Positions 14,501 through 27,250 of a stretch of DNA of 64,000 nucleotides are shown here, piece after piece (position 1 is the first letter of the stretch; each line of letters starts with the position of its first letter). This stretch comes from Ginglymostoma cirratum (Eukaryota), in assembly GCA_024137785.1 (NCBI GenBank), contig JAHRHZ010000222.1, positions 35,804,296-35,868,295 on the forward strand, written 5' to 3'. The notes under the pieces are model-generated. The model saw nothing but the letters and a program-made list of their open reading frames with translations, searched no databases and was not told where the DNA came from. The position numbers were made by a program, and so were the translations under genes.

Positions 14501-14964
14501 ATATGATGATGTGCTTTGTGTTTTCTATAAATTAGGTGGCATAATATATACCGCAAATTTTGATTCTTATTGAGACCGATATCATGCTGTTCTTTTACGA
14601 CACGAATTAATTATTTACTCGGCTGAATTATCACAGCCTTACACACAGTCTGGGTGCTATGCTTACTGATGTTACTGTACATCACATACACAGTTGACTG
14701 ACTGATGACAGTATATGGACTCCATGATGCAGAGTAATTGAAGGTGAGGCAAGTGTCTTTATACTGGAGTGTCCCATCATATCTTAAAGGTACAGACTTG
14801 GCTGGTCAGGAATCTATGCCATAACATAGCGGCATGATTCCAGAAGAATTATTTTGTTGGATTGTTGCTTTGCTAATCTGTGAGAAAGCTCTTCCAATTT
14901 TAGCACAAGCTTCCTAATGTTAGTAAGGAGAACTTTGCAGAGTTGACAAGGTTTGTGTATGCAT

Positions 14965-15097
14965 TTAGAAATAGCAGGAACTGCCGATGCTGGATTCTGA
15001 GATAACAAGGTGTGGAGCTGGAGGAACACAGCAGGCCAGGCAGCATCAGAGGAGCAGGAAAGCTGACGTTTTGGGTCTGGACCCCTCTGCAGAAAAT
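14965..15097 (-). mobile_element. Penelope-like terminal repeat, short copy
   Basis: Minus strand reads CTGCAGA-GGGGTCCAGACCC-AAAAC-GTC followed by the family tail. Confidence 0.7.
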
Positions 15098-15476
15098 TTG
15101 TTGTTTCTGGTGTGTTGGTCAATGCTGCGTGATCTGTCTAAACTTATTCCTTGTTGTAAAACTTTTTGGATGTTAGACTCAATGGAGTGGTTTGCTAAGA
15201 TATTTCAGAGGGTACTTAAGAGCCAACCATGTTACCATCAGTCTGGAGTCGCATGTAAATCAGCCCAGGTGAGGATGGCAGATTATCCTACCCTAAAGGA
15301 GATTAGTGAACTCAATGAATACTATACAGTTTGCAGGAGGTTGGGAGTCTTGAGCTATTAAATAATCCAAATAACTTTTTCAAAAAAAAACTCATTAGTA
15401 TGTTAACAAAGTCAACTTGGCAACAAATCTATATTAATTAAAAGCTCAAGACAGCGAATGCTGGAAATCGGAAATA

Positions 15477-15642
15477 AGACCAAAAAAGGTGCTGGAGAAA
15501 CTCAGCAGGTCTGGCAGCATCAACAGAGAAACAGAGTTAACGTTTCAAATTCAATATGACTCTTCACCAGAAACCCGTTAGCTGTTTCACTTTCTACAAA
15601 TGATGCCAGATTCGCTGAGTTTCTCCAACAGTTGCTGATTTG
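15477..15642. mobile_element. Third PLE-like family, inverted-arm element
   Basis: TGCTGGAGAAACTCAGCAGGTCTGGCAGCATC paired with GATGCCAGATTCGCTGAGTTTCTCCAACA. Minus-strand CTGGTGA...GAAACGTT motif in the middle. Confidence 0.6.
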
Positions 15643-16094
15643 ATGACCGCAACCTGTGATGTGTAGTAACAAATTTAAAATGCAAAAAACTGAAAACGTT
15701 TGCTCCGATTCTGTTTACTAAGTAGACCTGCACTTTGTGAATAATTACAGTACTTTACATACTGAAATGGTCACAATTGTGCTCTCCTTTCATTATTTTA
15801 TACCTTCCTTTTATTTTAGTGACTGCATATAAGCTGTCTATAACTGTTATAAATTAAGATGAATTATTTTATTTGTACTGATCACAGTTTGGGAACTGAT
15901 GGTTTTCCAATAAACAAAATAACTACCTAACTAATCTCTGTCTGTTTAATCTGTATATCCAAGACATGAGGAGTGCAGCAGTGGTTGCAAGGGATCAGAG
16001 TCAGCACCTCCGATAGCAGTTTTAAATACCTTAAATGATAATATTTTGATCTTACGATTAATTTAGTTTTGCTAATTTCAGAAAAGATGATTAA

Positions 16095-16580
16095 GTTCAG
16101 AAACCAAACTGGACCAGCTGTACAAGTATTCTGGCCATAAGAGTGGGTCAGAGGCAAATAACTCAACTCCACAAATCCTGTTCACCACCTTCCATGCACA
16201 AATCAGGAGTGCAATGGAATATGCTTTATTTACTTGGATGAATGCATCTCCAACAGCATTCAAGAAACTCTACATCATCCAGGTCAAAGCTGTCACTTGA
16301 TTGTCACCCTATCCACCACCTTTAAATATTGATCAGTGTTACACCATGGCAACAATGTGTACAAGAAATACCGCAGCATTCACCAAGTTCCTTCAACAGC
16401 TCCTTCCAAACCCATGACCACTACTATCCTGAAAGACATGGGCAGCACATGCATGGGAGCACCACTACCTGCAAGTTCCCCTCTAAGCCACACACCAAGT
16501 TAACTCTGAAATATATTGCCATACCTTCACTATGACTGGGTCAAAATCATGGTAACTCCCTTCCTAACAGCACTGTGGGT
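16095..16580 (+). mobile_element. CR1-like LINE 3' fragment
   Basis: Homologous to 19140-19480, ending AAAATCATGGTAACTCCCTTCCTAACAGCACTGTGG. Confidence 0.6.
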
Positions 16581-16651
16581 GATAATTTTGTAAACAGGAT
16601 TAAAGTTCGTATGTTCAAGGGTTTTCAAGATACATATATATTTATCAAAGC

Positions 16652-17000
16652 GTAGCATCCTTACAGTATGGAAACTGACCATTCAGATCATTGAGTCTAC
16701 GAGGAGCATCCCACTCACCTCCCCCCACCCCACCCCAACCCCAACCCCAACCACAACCCTGCATTTTCCATGGCTAATCCACCTAACCGACACATCCCTG
16801 GACACTATGGACAATTTAGCACGGCCAGTCCATCTAATGTGCACATCCTTGACTGTGGGAGGAAACTGGAGCACTGGGAGGAAACCCATGCAGACATAGG
16901 GAGAACATGCAAACTCCACATAGACAGTTGCCCAAGGCTGGAATAGAACTCTGGAACTATGAGGCAGCAGCGCTAACCACTGAGCCACCGTGCTGCCCCC
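16652..17000 (-). mobile_element. HE1-type SINE
   Basis: Reverse-complement copy ~115 bp upstream of the 17115 exon. Confidence 0.85.
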
Positions 17001-17114
17001 AAAATGATCAAATTTAGGTGCATAAATTACTGGAGGTAGTGGTACTTCTTTAGTCCTAACATGTAGTTAATTGACTATAAATTAACACCTTTTTTTTTCT
17101 CTTTTAATTTAAAG

Positions 17115-17221
17115 TTGCCCTACCTCCAGAGAACACTGATGACTTCAATAATACAACTGAAAAGAAAATGGAAAAAGAAGGAACTGGACAAAGTGGTGTG
17201 AAGAAACAACTGAAATTTGAA
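17115..17221 (+). CDS. nkd1: Naked cuticle homolog 1, internal coding exon (about exon 5 in human numbering)
   Basis: Polypyrimidine tract plus AAG acceptor and GTGAGT donor. 107 bp, phase 1 to 0. Translates (V)ALPPENTDDFNNTTEKKMEKEGTGQSGVKKQLKFE, resembling human NKD1 VALPPEKTD...KKQLKFE (recalled). Confidence 0.93.
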
Positions 17222-18291
17222 GTGAGTTTTTGTGTAGATAGATTTTGTTATGGATGAGCAAAGTGTACACAATGACACCTATTATTAAACCTGGGATTAA
17301 AATGTGGGCGAAGAATGACACGAACCATTCTTGATTGTTGTAATAACCCACCTCGCTCTGCTTTGATGAGGGAAATCTGCCGTCCTCCCCTCATCCAGCC
17401 TACACGTGACTCCAGACCCACAGCAGTGCGATTAACTCTTAAGTGCCCTCTGAAATAACCTCGCAAGGCCTAGGATATTGAGTATAACTCTCTTCCTAAC
17501 AGCACTGAGAGTGTACCAGCCCCGTGTGGACTGCAGCAGTTCAAGAAGGCAGTTCACCGCAAACTTCTCAAGGGCAATTTAGAGATGAGCTGAACCTGGC
17601 TGGCACCCTTGAAGAAATAAAAAGCAAGGACTTCCCCAGGTTTCTTTGTAGTGTTGTAACCTAAACAGAATGGCCTGCATTTTCTAATGGCCAGGTGGTT
17701 ATTTCTGTAATGCAGACGGGAGTTGTGCATTAGGACCTTGCAGAATACCCAACATTGCAGATTCTAAAGGAGTTTTTTTGGGGAAACTGAAGATTCCAAT
17801 GGGTGATCAGCCTCTGCCTGGAGCCCTGCAAAAGCATCTATTTAAATCAGTTTGGAGGGTTCCACTGCAATTAAGTAAATAGTTACTCAGGAAAAGTTAG
17901 ACTGTTAAATGCTCTCGTGTAACAACTGAACTGATCCCTTTAACTTACTATGTATACCCTCAACTAAACTGCCCCCTGCTGAAGATCCACTCACCTGAGA
18001 CCCTTGACTAGCCCTTCCTCAAAATTGATATCTGCAGCCCACCCTAACCCTACCTACATGGCTGAATCTTCAAATCACAGAATGCAACAACTGACGGCTG
18101 TGAAAAAATAGGCATGCTTTGCCTTTCCTCGATTATCTTGCACTATGAGGGAGCTGTCATAATTGAAGCATGTGCTATATTTCTGAAGAAGCCCAAATCT
18201 GAATCTCCTTTCAGACATGTGGGGCTCTTTAAGATAACAGTGCGGCGTGACAGTCATAGATTGATTTCCATTCTGTGGAAAATACAGTCTA

Positions 18292-18493
18292 ATAGAATCA
18301 TAGAATCCCTACAGTGTGGAAGCAGGCCATTCAGCCCATTGAGTTCACACCAACCCTCCAAAGAGTATCCCATCCAAACGCACTCCCTTCCTGTAACCCT
18401 GCAATTTCCATGGCAGATCCACCTAACCTGCACGTCCCGAGACATTACGGTCAATTTGGCATGGCCAATCCACCTAACCTGCACATCTTTGGA
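18292..18493 (-). mobile_element. HE1-type SINE, 3' part only
   Basis: ATAGAATCATAGAATCCCTACAGTGTGG tail. Truncated where a PLE-like fragment begins. Confidence 0.75.
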
Positions 18494-18496
18494 GTC

Positions 18497-18660
18497 AGGG
18501 TTTGAGTGAAGATATGTAGCTCTGATGCTGGTTGTAGATGTTGGTGTGTTTGTCGAGCTGAGAGGTTTGATAGACGTTTCGTCCCCTTACTAGGTGACAC
18601 CCTCAGTGCTGTGGATCCCCCTGTGAAGCGCTGTTGTCTTGTGCTGGTTCGACTTTATAA
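18497..18660 (-). mobile_element. Second PLE-like family fragment with hammerhead-like motif
   Basis: Minus strand CTGAGGG-T-GTCACC-tagtaa-GGGGAC-GAAAC-GTC (18573-18606). Confidence 0.55.
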
Positions 18661-18729
18661 TATATATATTCTAGTAAAATTCTTCTCAGTAGGTATCTGG
18701 GAAAGCAATTGAAGGCATAATTCATAAAA

Positions 18730-19960
18730 AGCAAGATGGTTGTGGTTGTTGGAGGTCAATCATCTCAGCTAAAGATCATTTCGACAGGAGTTCTTCAACA
18801 TATTGTTCAAGGCCCAACCAACTTCAGCTAATCCATTAATGATCCTCCCTCCATCATAAGGCCAGAAATCAGATGTGCAATCATCAGTGAACAATGTTCA
18901 GCACCATTCATGACTGACAGACTGCTTCAGTATCTATATTCCAATGCAATAAAATCTGGACAATATCCAGGCTTGGGCTGACAAGTTGCAAGTCATGCTC
19001 ATGCCATGCAAGTGTCAGGCAATGAATATCTTTAACAAAAGAGAATCCTACCATCCGTGCCTTTGCATTCAATGACATTACCACCCCATTATCAGCATCC
19101 TGGATGTTACCATTGACCAGAATCAACTAGACGAGCCATAGTGTGGCTACAAGAAAATGTCAGAAGTTAGTAATCTTTTCATGAGAAACTTGTCTCCTGA
19201 CTCCCCAAAGCATGTCCATCATTTACATGTCACAAGGCAGGACTGTGATAAAATACGCCCCACCTGCCTGGATGAGTGCAGCTCCTACAACACTTGAAGC
19301 TTGACACCATTCAAGATAAAGCAGCCCACTCAATCTCACAGCAGATCCAATATAAATATATTGCCATTCCTTCAGTGCCACTGGCTCAAAATCCTGGAAT
19401 AGTCTTTGTAATGGCATCTTGGGTCTACCTACAACAAAAGGACTGTAACAGTTCAAGAAGGCAGCTCATCAACACCTTCTTGAGGCCATCTCCCACATCA
19501 GGACATGTTCTTTCAGCATCTACCCTGTCAAGCACCCATAAGATCGTTCTTGTCTCAACAAAATCACCCCTCACTCTTCCAAAAATCAATGGATACAGGC
19601 CCAACCGGTCTAAGCTTTCCTCGTAAAACAGTACCTTCATCCCAAGAATCCATTAAGTGAACCTTTTCCAAGCTGCTTCTAACTCATTTACTCTTTCCTT
19701 GAATCAGGAGACAAAAAACTCACTATGGTGGTCCAGATCTCTGCTTTTATATTCCAGTCCCTTTGCAATAAAAGAGGTAATCACTTGCTGTACCTGCATA
19801 TTAACCTTTCATGTTTCATGTATAGCAGAGAAGACCCCTCTGTACCTCAAAGTTCTCTCTCTATTCAGACAATATGCTGCTTTTCTGATCTCCCTGCCAA
19901 CGTAGACAAGTTTGCATTTTCCCACATTGTACTTTATCTGCCAATTTTGTGTCCAAATTT
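18730..19960. mobile_element. Two abutting CR1-like LINE fragments (+ then -)
   Basis: Plus-strand RT remnant to ~19485, then minus-strand YEESLDRLGLYPL...RVRGDFVET. Confidence 0.65.
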
Positions 19961-20465
19961 TAGGTCCAGTAGTTTTCCATGCTGGTTTTTCTTGACTGAA
20001 TTAAGTGTTGTTCCCAACATTCAAAAAATTGCAATGTTAGTGCCAGATGTGGAGAAATTCTGTGCCAAGTTGCAAAGCAGAACATGCATAATTTCAAAGA
20101 AACACAATTGCTTGTTAGATTTTAGCTGATGTTCAGGATGAGCTCTTGTACGTATTTGTACAGATGGCACCAATACTTTTGTATTTGTATATAGAATCAA
20201 TCCTGACATGTTTGTACAGCAGTTTTGCTTACCAGCTGTATGATCTAAACTAAATACTACTAACAGGCTGCTGTATAAATCTGAACTGGCAATAGGTGGA
20301 AAGCAGTTAATGATATAGCATCAGTCAGGTGAAAAATTGTTATATTGCGATGGAATCATTTGGGTGATAACTGGAATCTATCCAATTGTTAGTTTGGCAA
20401 CTACTTCCTGGCTTCACATTTCTCCTCTGATTTTTGGTCCTCTGTGCAAATCAGCGAGAGCAGAT

Positions 20466-21247
20466 GAGAACATAAGAACCGAGAGGAGCAGAAGTCGTCC
20501 CTCAAGCCTGCTTCGCCATTTGATTTGATCATGGCTGATCTCATCAACTCCACTTTCCTGCCCATTCTCCATTACCGCTTCAACCCATTACTAATTAACA
20601 GTGTGTTTATCTCCTCCTCAACTTTACGCAGTGCCCCTGCACCCACTGCACTCTGGGTTGACGAATTCCACAGATTCTCCGACCTTTGAGACAAGTAATT
20701 TATCCTCCTCTCTGTTTTAAATCTGCCACCCCTTATCCTAAAACAATGATGTCTCATTCTAGATTGCCCCCCCATGAGGAAACATTCTGTCTGTCAACTT
20801 TGTCAATCTCTTTTAGCATCTTGTATATCTCAATTAGATCTCCAGTCATTCTTCTAAACTCCCAGAGGGTGCAGGCCTAAACTGCTTAATCTCACTTCAT
20901 GAGCCAAACTCCTCATCTCTGGAATCAATCTAGTGAATCTCCGCTGAACTGTCTGCAATGCCAGTACATTCTTACTCCAGTAAGTGGACCAAAACTATGC
21001 ATAAACTCCAGGTGCCATCTCACTAATGCTTTTTTACAGTTGCAGCAACACTTCCCTACTTTTATATTGTATTCTTATTGCAATAAATGCCAAAATTCCA
21101 TTTGTCTTTCTTATTACCTGCTATACCTGCATATTAGTTTTCTGTGATTCATGTACAAGGACACCCAGATCCTTTGCAATGAAGCACTCTGAAGTTTCTC
21201 TCCGTTTAGATAATTTGCCTTTCTATTCCTCTGACCAAAATGGATAA
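20466..21247 (-). mobile_element. CR1-like LINE 3' region
   Basis: SRMRHHCFRIRGGRFKTERRINYLSQRSENLWNS, plus GAACATAAGAAC tail. Confidence 0.8.
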
Positions 21248-22169
21248 CAATGGCATCTTAGTTGTATTAGTCCATTATTGTGTGTTTTAAGTACACTTGG
21301 TATAAAACATTTCCCAGGATGAAGTAGAAAAATCATTTGTGAAATATGTTTTGAGCATTTGATGTGCTCCTTGCAAAAGTAGAACTATCATGTCCATCAT
21401 TACTAATCAGTAGTCCTTGTGGAGAGAGAGGACTTGAGAATCTGGGAATAGTCTTCTGAAGATGGGCAGAGTGGATCTTCCAGTGGCAAAGTAACGACTT
21501 GGAAGTCCTATTTTCATAAGTTCATTTCTAGCTGGCTGACATTGGAGATTGGTATCTTTTCTGGTCTTGGATTTTAGTATTGATTCTCAACTGCAGCACT
21601 TGCCTAACCTGGAATCTCAGCTACTATTGAACCTTTGTCATGTTTAAAACACAGTGATTGCCATGTAAAAGCATGAACAATGCCCATTTCTGCTTGCCTT
21701 GCTGATGGCTTTCTACAGATGGAGTTATCCATTGTCTTGGAGCTAAACTCACCTAATATGGACTGGCATAAACAGGAACCTTTTCTGACTGGAAGCAATC
21801 CTGTTTAGCAGTCTGGTTTGATTTCTTTCTTGATGGAGTATGACACTAAATGATGTTGGCCACTTAACTGCTGGTACACTGACTAGGTCCAAGCCTAAAA
21901 TTGTTTCATTTCAAACCAATTTCATTCATTCATTATATAGAATTTCTGATAAGGGAGCAAAGTGCCATAGCCACTCAGCTTGTAGCATTCCTGCTGGCAT
22001 GGAACTGAGATACACTGACTAGAAAAGGCAGAGACTTGAACTTGAGTTTGTACCTGGATGATATTGGTACACTCTGTAGTTAGTATCAGTATCCACAAGC
22101 AAGAAAAGAGAGAGGTTATCCATGATTCCACACTTTAATGACTTTTACTAGATTTTGTGCACGCACACC

Positions 22170-23620
22170 AAGTTTCCTCTAATCCCCTACTTCCTACAGT
22201 TCTGCCATTCATTGCATATTCCTTTGCTTTGTTAGACTTCCCAAAAGACATCTCCTCACTGCTCAGAATTAAATTCCATTTGCCACGATTCTGCCCGTTT
22301 GTATCATCCTGTAGTCTGAGGCTTTCCTCACTTTTTTTTTAACCACGCCAACTTTTCCTGACACCTGTGAACTGACTGATCAAAGCTCCTACATTGTGTC
22401 TTGATTATTATTGAGTGTTGCAAACAGCAAGAGACCCAGCACCAAACCCTGCAGCACATCACGGGACCCTACCTTCCAGTCACAAAAAACACCATTTGAC
22501 CAATACCCTCTTACTTGCCCACCTAGCCAATTGAGGATCCAATTTGGAAAATTACCCTGGGTCCCATTGGGTCTTAATTTCTTGACCAGTCTCCCATGTG
22601 ACACTTTGTCTAAAGCCTTACTGAAGTCCATGTAGACCACAGAAACTGAGCTATGCTCATCTATGCACGTAGTCGCCACCTCAAAAAAAAATTTCAGTCA
22701 GAACCGTCCGATATGGTCTGCCCTGACAAAGCCACATTGACTATCCTTGAATTAATCATTGCCTCTTCACATGGAGATTAATTCTGTACTTCAGAATTTT
22801 TCCCAAATGTTTCCCTAGCACAGACATTAGATTCAGTGGCCCATACCTTCCTCGTATAACCCTACCATCCTTCATGAATAATGCTACCACATTAGCTGTC
22901 CTCCTGTCCTCTGGCACCTCTCCTGAGGCCTGAAAGGATTTGAAAATTAATGACGGTGCCCCTTGCAATCTCTATCCATGCCTCCCACAGCAGGCTGGGA
23001 TAAATCTCACCTGGGCTTGGGGATTTATCCAATTCTAAGCATGTTAATTTGCTCATACATCCTCCCTCTTGATGCTAATTTTAAGGGTATCACCGTATTT
23101 CAAGTATATTACAGTCCCTGTCCCTGATTTATATACCTACATCATCCTTCACTGTAGTGAATACAGATGCACCATACTCATTTAAAACCTTAACTTTTGT
23201 CTTCTGGCTTCGTTCACAGGTTACCACTTTGTTTCCTAATGGGCCCTGCTCTTTCTCTAGTGATCTTCCTGCTACTGATAAATTTATAAACACCTTTTTC
23301 TTATTTTCCTTTATTTTACTGGCCAGCATTTTATCTTGGCCCCTCTTTTTGCTTTCATAATTTTTTTATTTGGGTAATTCCCTGCACTTTATGCCTTTAG
23401 AGTTTTTGCTGTTTGAGTCCTCTCCATGCAAAAAGGTTCCCTTTCTTTCCTTCTCCAATCCTGTACATGCCTGAACAATTAGGTTTCTCTTGATGTACTT
23501 GTCCTACCCTTTTTTTACCTTTTTATTGGTACATGTTGGTCCTGTACTGTCCATTTCCGTTTTGGGACACTTCTGCTCCAATGTAGATTTTCCTACAAGC
23601 AGCTGTCCCCTACCCTACAT
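22170..23620 (-). mobile_element. CR1-like LINE ORF2 fragment
   Basis: VVYMDFSKALDKVSHGRLV and GEVPEDRRTANVVALF motifs. Confidence 0.8.
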
Positions 23621-23722
23621 TGGCCATTTTTTGCCTTGGAACTTTGTTTAATTTGGTGTTGAATGTATTGAGACATAAAGCTAAGAGAAAGTCTAAAGTT
23701 GTTCTTAAAATGCATTTTACAG

Positions 23723-23818
23723 GAGTTGGAATGTGATGTTTCAGTAGAAGACGACAACAGGCAAGAATGGACCTTCACACTCTATGACTTCGATAACAAT
23801 GGGAAAGTCACTCGTGAG
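23723..23818 (+). CDS. nkd1: nkd1 coding exon, EFX domain / EF-hand
   Basis: ttttacAG acceptor, GTAAAC donor. 96 bp: ELECDVSVEDDNRQEWTFTLYDFDNNGKVTRE, the hallmark Naked cuticle EF-hand. Confidence 0.97.
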
Positions 23819-23984
23819 GTAAACCAAACAAATGACTCACCACATTTTTAGTTCTTTTATTGTTTAAAGATATAACTTTCTTTGGATACTGGTTTGTCTT
23901 AAAACGTTCCTGCTGTAATTGAATGTGAATGTTAAAGTAGAATATTGCAAATGTAAGACTGGCTTTTGACAGTTGTTAAACTTA

Positions 23985-24374
23985 AGCAGACCACTCACCT
24001 ATCCCCTCCTCCCACCTCAAGCCCCACCCCCATCTCCTACCTACTAACCTCATCCCGCCCCCTTGACCTCCCTGGACTGACCTATCTCCTCCCTACCTCC
24101 CCACCTACACTCTCACCTTTACTGGCTCCATCCCCGCCTCTTTGACCTGTCTGACTCCTCTCCACCTATCCTCTCCTCCATCCATCTTCTATCTGCCTCC
24201 CCCTCTCTCCCTATTTATTTCAGAACCCTCTTCCCTGCCCCCATTTCTGATGAAGGGTCTAGGCCCAAAACGTCAAGCTTTCCTGCTCCTATGATGCTGC
24301 TTGGCCTGCTGTGTTCATCCAGCTCCACACCTTGTTATCTCGGATTCTCCGGCATCTGCAGTTCCTATTATCTC
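23985..24374 (+). mobile_element. Penelope-like terminal repeat (long form) with mutated hammerhead motif
   Basis: C-rich segment, then CTGATGA 24247-24253, AGGGTCTAGGCCC, AAAAC-GTC, then the shared GATGCTGCTTGGCCTGCTGTGTTCATCCAGC...GCATCTGCAG tail. Confidence 0.75.
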
Positions 24375-25744
24375 CATTATATGAATATGAGACTTTGAGC
24401 TACTGAATACAACAAGGTCATTTTGGTAAGCCGTTTATGGTGTCTCCAGTCTGTCGCTTCAATAAAAGGTACCTGCTGGCTGTGTACAAATATATTATCG
24501 GGTTCCAGCAACCAAGGAATAAAGCTGAAGTTTGTCACATTTCGAAGTGGATTAATAAGGTAATAGGCCATGTTTTCCTGTCATGATATTGCAGCTGAAT
24601 CATGTTGCCAACACTTGTTAGGCAAGCCATTGCTCAGTTTTCTATACATCTATTTTAAAAAGATGCTTATTCCTTTCCAACAGATCTGTTGATCCTTCTC
24701 ATGCAGATATTTAGAAAAATTGCTACCAGAACAGTGGTACTAGTGCGGCTAAATAAATGGTAACTTGCTGCTGAGTCATAATTGCGCTGGTTTTGTCTTG
24801 AAGAGCTTGTTCATCTCAGTAAAAATATCCCAGAAGTTCTTGGTTGCTTTATATTGTTTAAATAGGAATCAAGCATGTAAAATATTCTGGCTGCTTCTCA
24901 TTGCAGAGAACTGCTTGCTGTTACCGATGTGAATCACTTTCAACAGAACCTGGGAACTTTTCTCTGGGTGCAGAGTAAGAGTTTTCCAAAAATGTCCATA
25001 TATTTTAGGTAAATGGACAGGCTGCATTGGTCCTTCTTGTGCTGCTTCACTGGGAGGTATGAGACCATCTGTTAGAAGGTGGAGATAGCTCTTAGCAGGC
25101 AGCACAAAATTTCCCATTGTTAAGGTGCCCTTTAGAACAGGGATGTCCAACCTACTTGCATGAGGAGTCACATTTAAATTTATTCTCACATGGGATTAAA
25201 ATGCACATTTTGGGATGGTTGGGTGTGACGCGTGAAAAAAGGATTGAAAAACACAATTGAGGCATGAGAAAAGAATGCCATAAAAAATGCTGAGAAATTA
25301 CCAAAAATGACATTCAAAAATTACCAAACAATAGAGCAAACTAATAAAACCCTCTTGCTCTCAAGGAAAAAAGAACTTGAGAGAGAAAGCAGGCCCCCAG
25401 TCGTGCCCCATCAGGGAAGGAGGAGGGGCCGTGGGCCAAACTACAGAGTTGAATTGAATTGAACTAAAGCTGACCTTGTGTTCTCCTCCATTGGCATACA
25501 CTCCAGATGGAATGCGTAAGAAATTGGTCAAAAATGAGCGTCCTTTGTTGTCGGCCTGCGTTTTCCTTGTCTCCTGATGCAGTACATTGATAGATTTTTT
25601 GTGTGGGTGGGGTGTGCGCATCTGTCAGCTCACTCCCAGTCTCCAGGTTCTCACAATTCTCGCTCGTGTACGCTCTCACATTCTTGAACTCTGGTATGCT
25701 CGCTTGTGCTGTCCCTCTCATACACTCACTCACTCTCGTACACT

Positions 25745-25835
25745 CCCTGTCTCTCTCACTCCTTTTTCTTTTCTTTTCTTTTTTCTTTTTCTTTCTTGCT
25801 TTCTTGCTTTCTTTCTTGCTTTCTTTCTCTCCCCT
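25745..25835. repeat. CT/T-rich low-complexity tract
   Basis: (TTTTC)n and (TTTCTTGC)n units. Confidence 0.85.
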
Positions 25836-26136
25836 CCTCCACACGCACACTCATGCACTCCCACTCATACTTGAAGTCCCGATGTATGTGGGAAAGGACA
25901 AGAGCCTTGTCTCTCTTTATCCACCTTCCATCACCCCACCCCATCCCCAACCCACCTGGCAGGCAGCCTCTTCCTTGCCCCACCCAGGAAGTATTTGCCT
26001 TGCACCATCATAAACCTGTGATTGAGGGTTGAGTTTACTTCAGCTTTTCAGACCATGATAACAAAACAGACTCTGCAATCTTTGGGGAGGTGGCCATGAA
26101 AATGGCTGCCTCAGCTTGGCATTCAATTAAGGACAG

Positions 26137-26930
26137 TTTTTTTTTTAATTGCAAAAATATACTTTATTCATAAAAGAAGATCTTTATGTACGTACACATT
26201 CGATGATGCTGCTCAGATCTATATCACCTTTACACAGAGAGGAAAACAAACATTGGGGTTTGAATATCTCTATACTTACAATTAACCTGTACACCTTTAT
26301 CTGAGGCATCAGGATGGTTTGATAACTGAATGGACCCTCATTATACTTTGGCAGAAAGACTTCAGACAGTAGTCTTTCTGCCCCTAGCATTAGTGCATCC
26401 CTCAGCACATAGTCCTGGACTTTGGAATGTGTGTCTGCAACACACACTCAGTCGAGGCCAACACTTTCAACTGGAAGACCAGCAAGTTTTGGACAGACCA
26501 AAGAGCATCTTTCACTGAGTTGATGGTCCTACAGGAGCAGTTGATGTTTGTCTTGGTGTGCATCCTGGGGGACAGACTGTAGAGCCCAGACTCCTGCATT
26601 ACGGAGCTGCTCAGGACGAGACTTGACAAAAAACACTGCGTTTCGCTCCAGACTTCCTTTGCAAAGGCACATTATAGAAGGAGATATGTGACAGTCTCAA
26701 CAGATGGTGTGTCAAGGTTGCCTGGGTCATTGTTGCAGGCTTTCCTTGATAATAACATGATCGAGACCCAGAAGGTCCATCAAGCCGATCAGGGACACAC
26801 TCACTGAATCGAGGTTGGCTGTGATTATGTTCATTGCTGCTTGAGGCCTTGGCAGTGGGACACTGAGGCACCAGCTCTGATGACCTACAGGAGATCACGT
26901 CCGGTTAACTGGCAGTCTTTGCACATGCTG
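26137..26930 (-). mobile_element. Tx1/L1-clade LINE 3' end
   Basis: TINSVKDALWSVQNLLVFQ and HSKVQDYVLRDALMLG. Minus-strand AATAAA (26163-26168) and polyA. Confidence 0.7.
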
Positions 26931-26984
26931 CAATAAAGCTACCAGTGACAGAATGATAGGAAGACTGCAAAATGTCATTCATAT

Positions 26985-27250
26985 TCCTGCCTCTTCCCTG
27001 CCATCCCATTCTGCATTGGCCTGGGAAAATACAGCTTTTAATCCGTCCCGTGTACCATTATTTCACTTTTTTTTTCTGTATTCCCATCTCTGCACTTCCT
27101 TAGAAGCTATTCTTTCTCTATCTAGTTCTGAAGAAGGGTCCTAGATCTTGAAATGGCACCCTGTCCTCCTCTACAGACGTTGCTTGACCTGCTGAGCATT
27201 GCCAGCATATTTAGTTTTAGATCAGACTTCCATCATCCACATTACTTTGC
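26985..27250 (+). mobile_element. Old PLE-like terminal repeat
   Basis: CTGAAGA-AGGGTCCTAGATCTT-GAAAT at 27128, followed by the TTGACCTGCTGAGCATTGCCAGCA tail. Confidence 0.5.

Noticed and set aside
25464-26032. Several overlapping 75-136 aa ORFs
   Set aside because: They come from a low-complexity CT-rich tract and encode K/E/R- or F/L/S-biased peptides.
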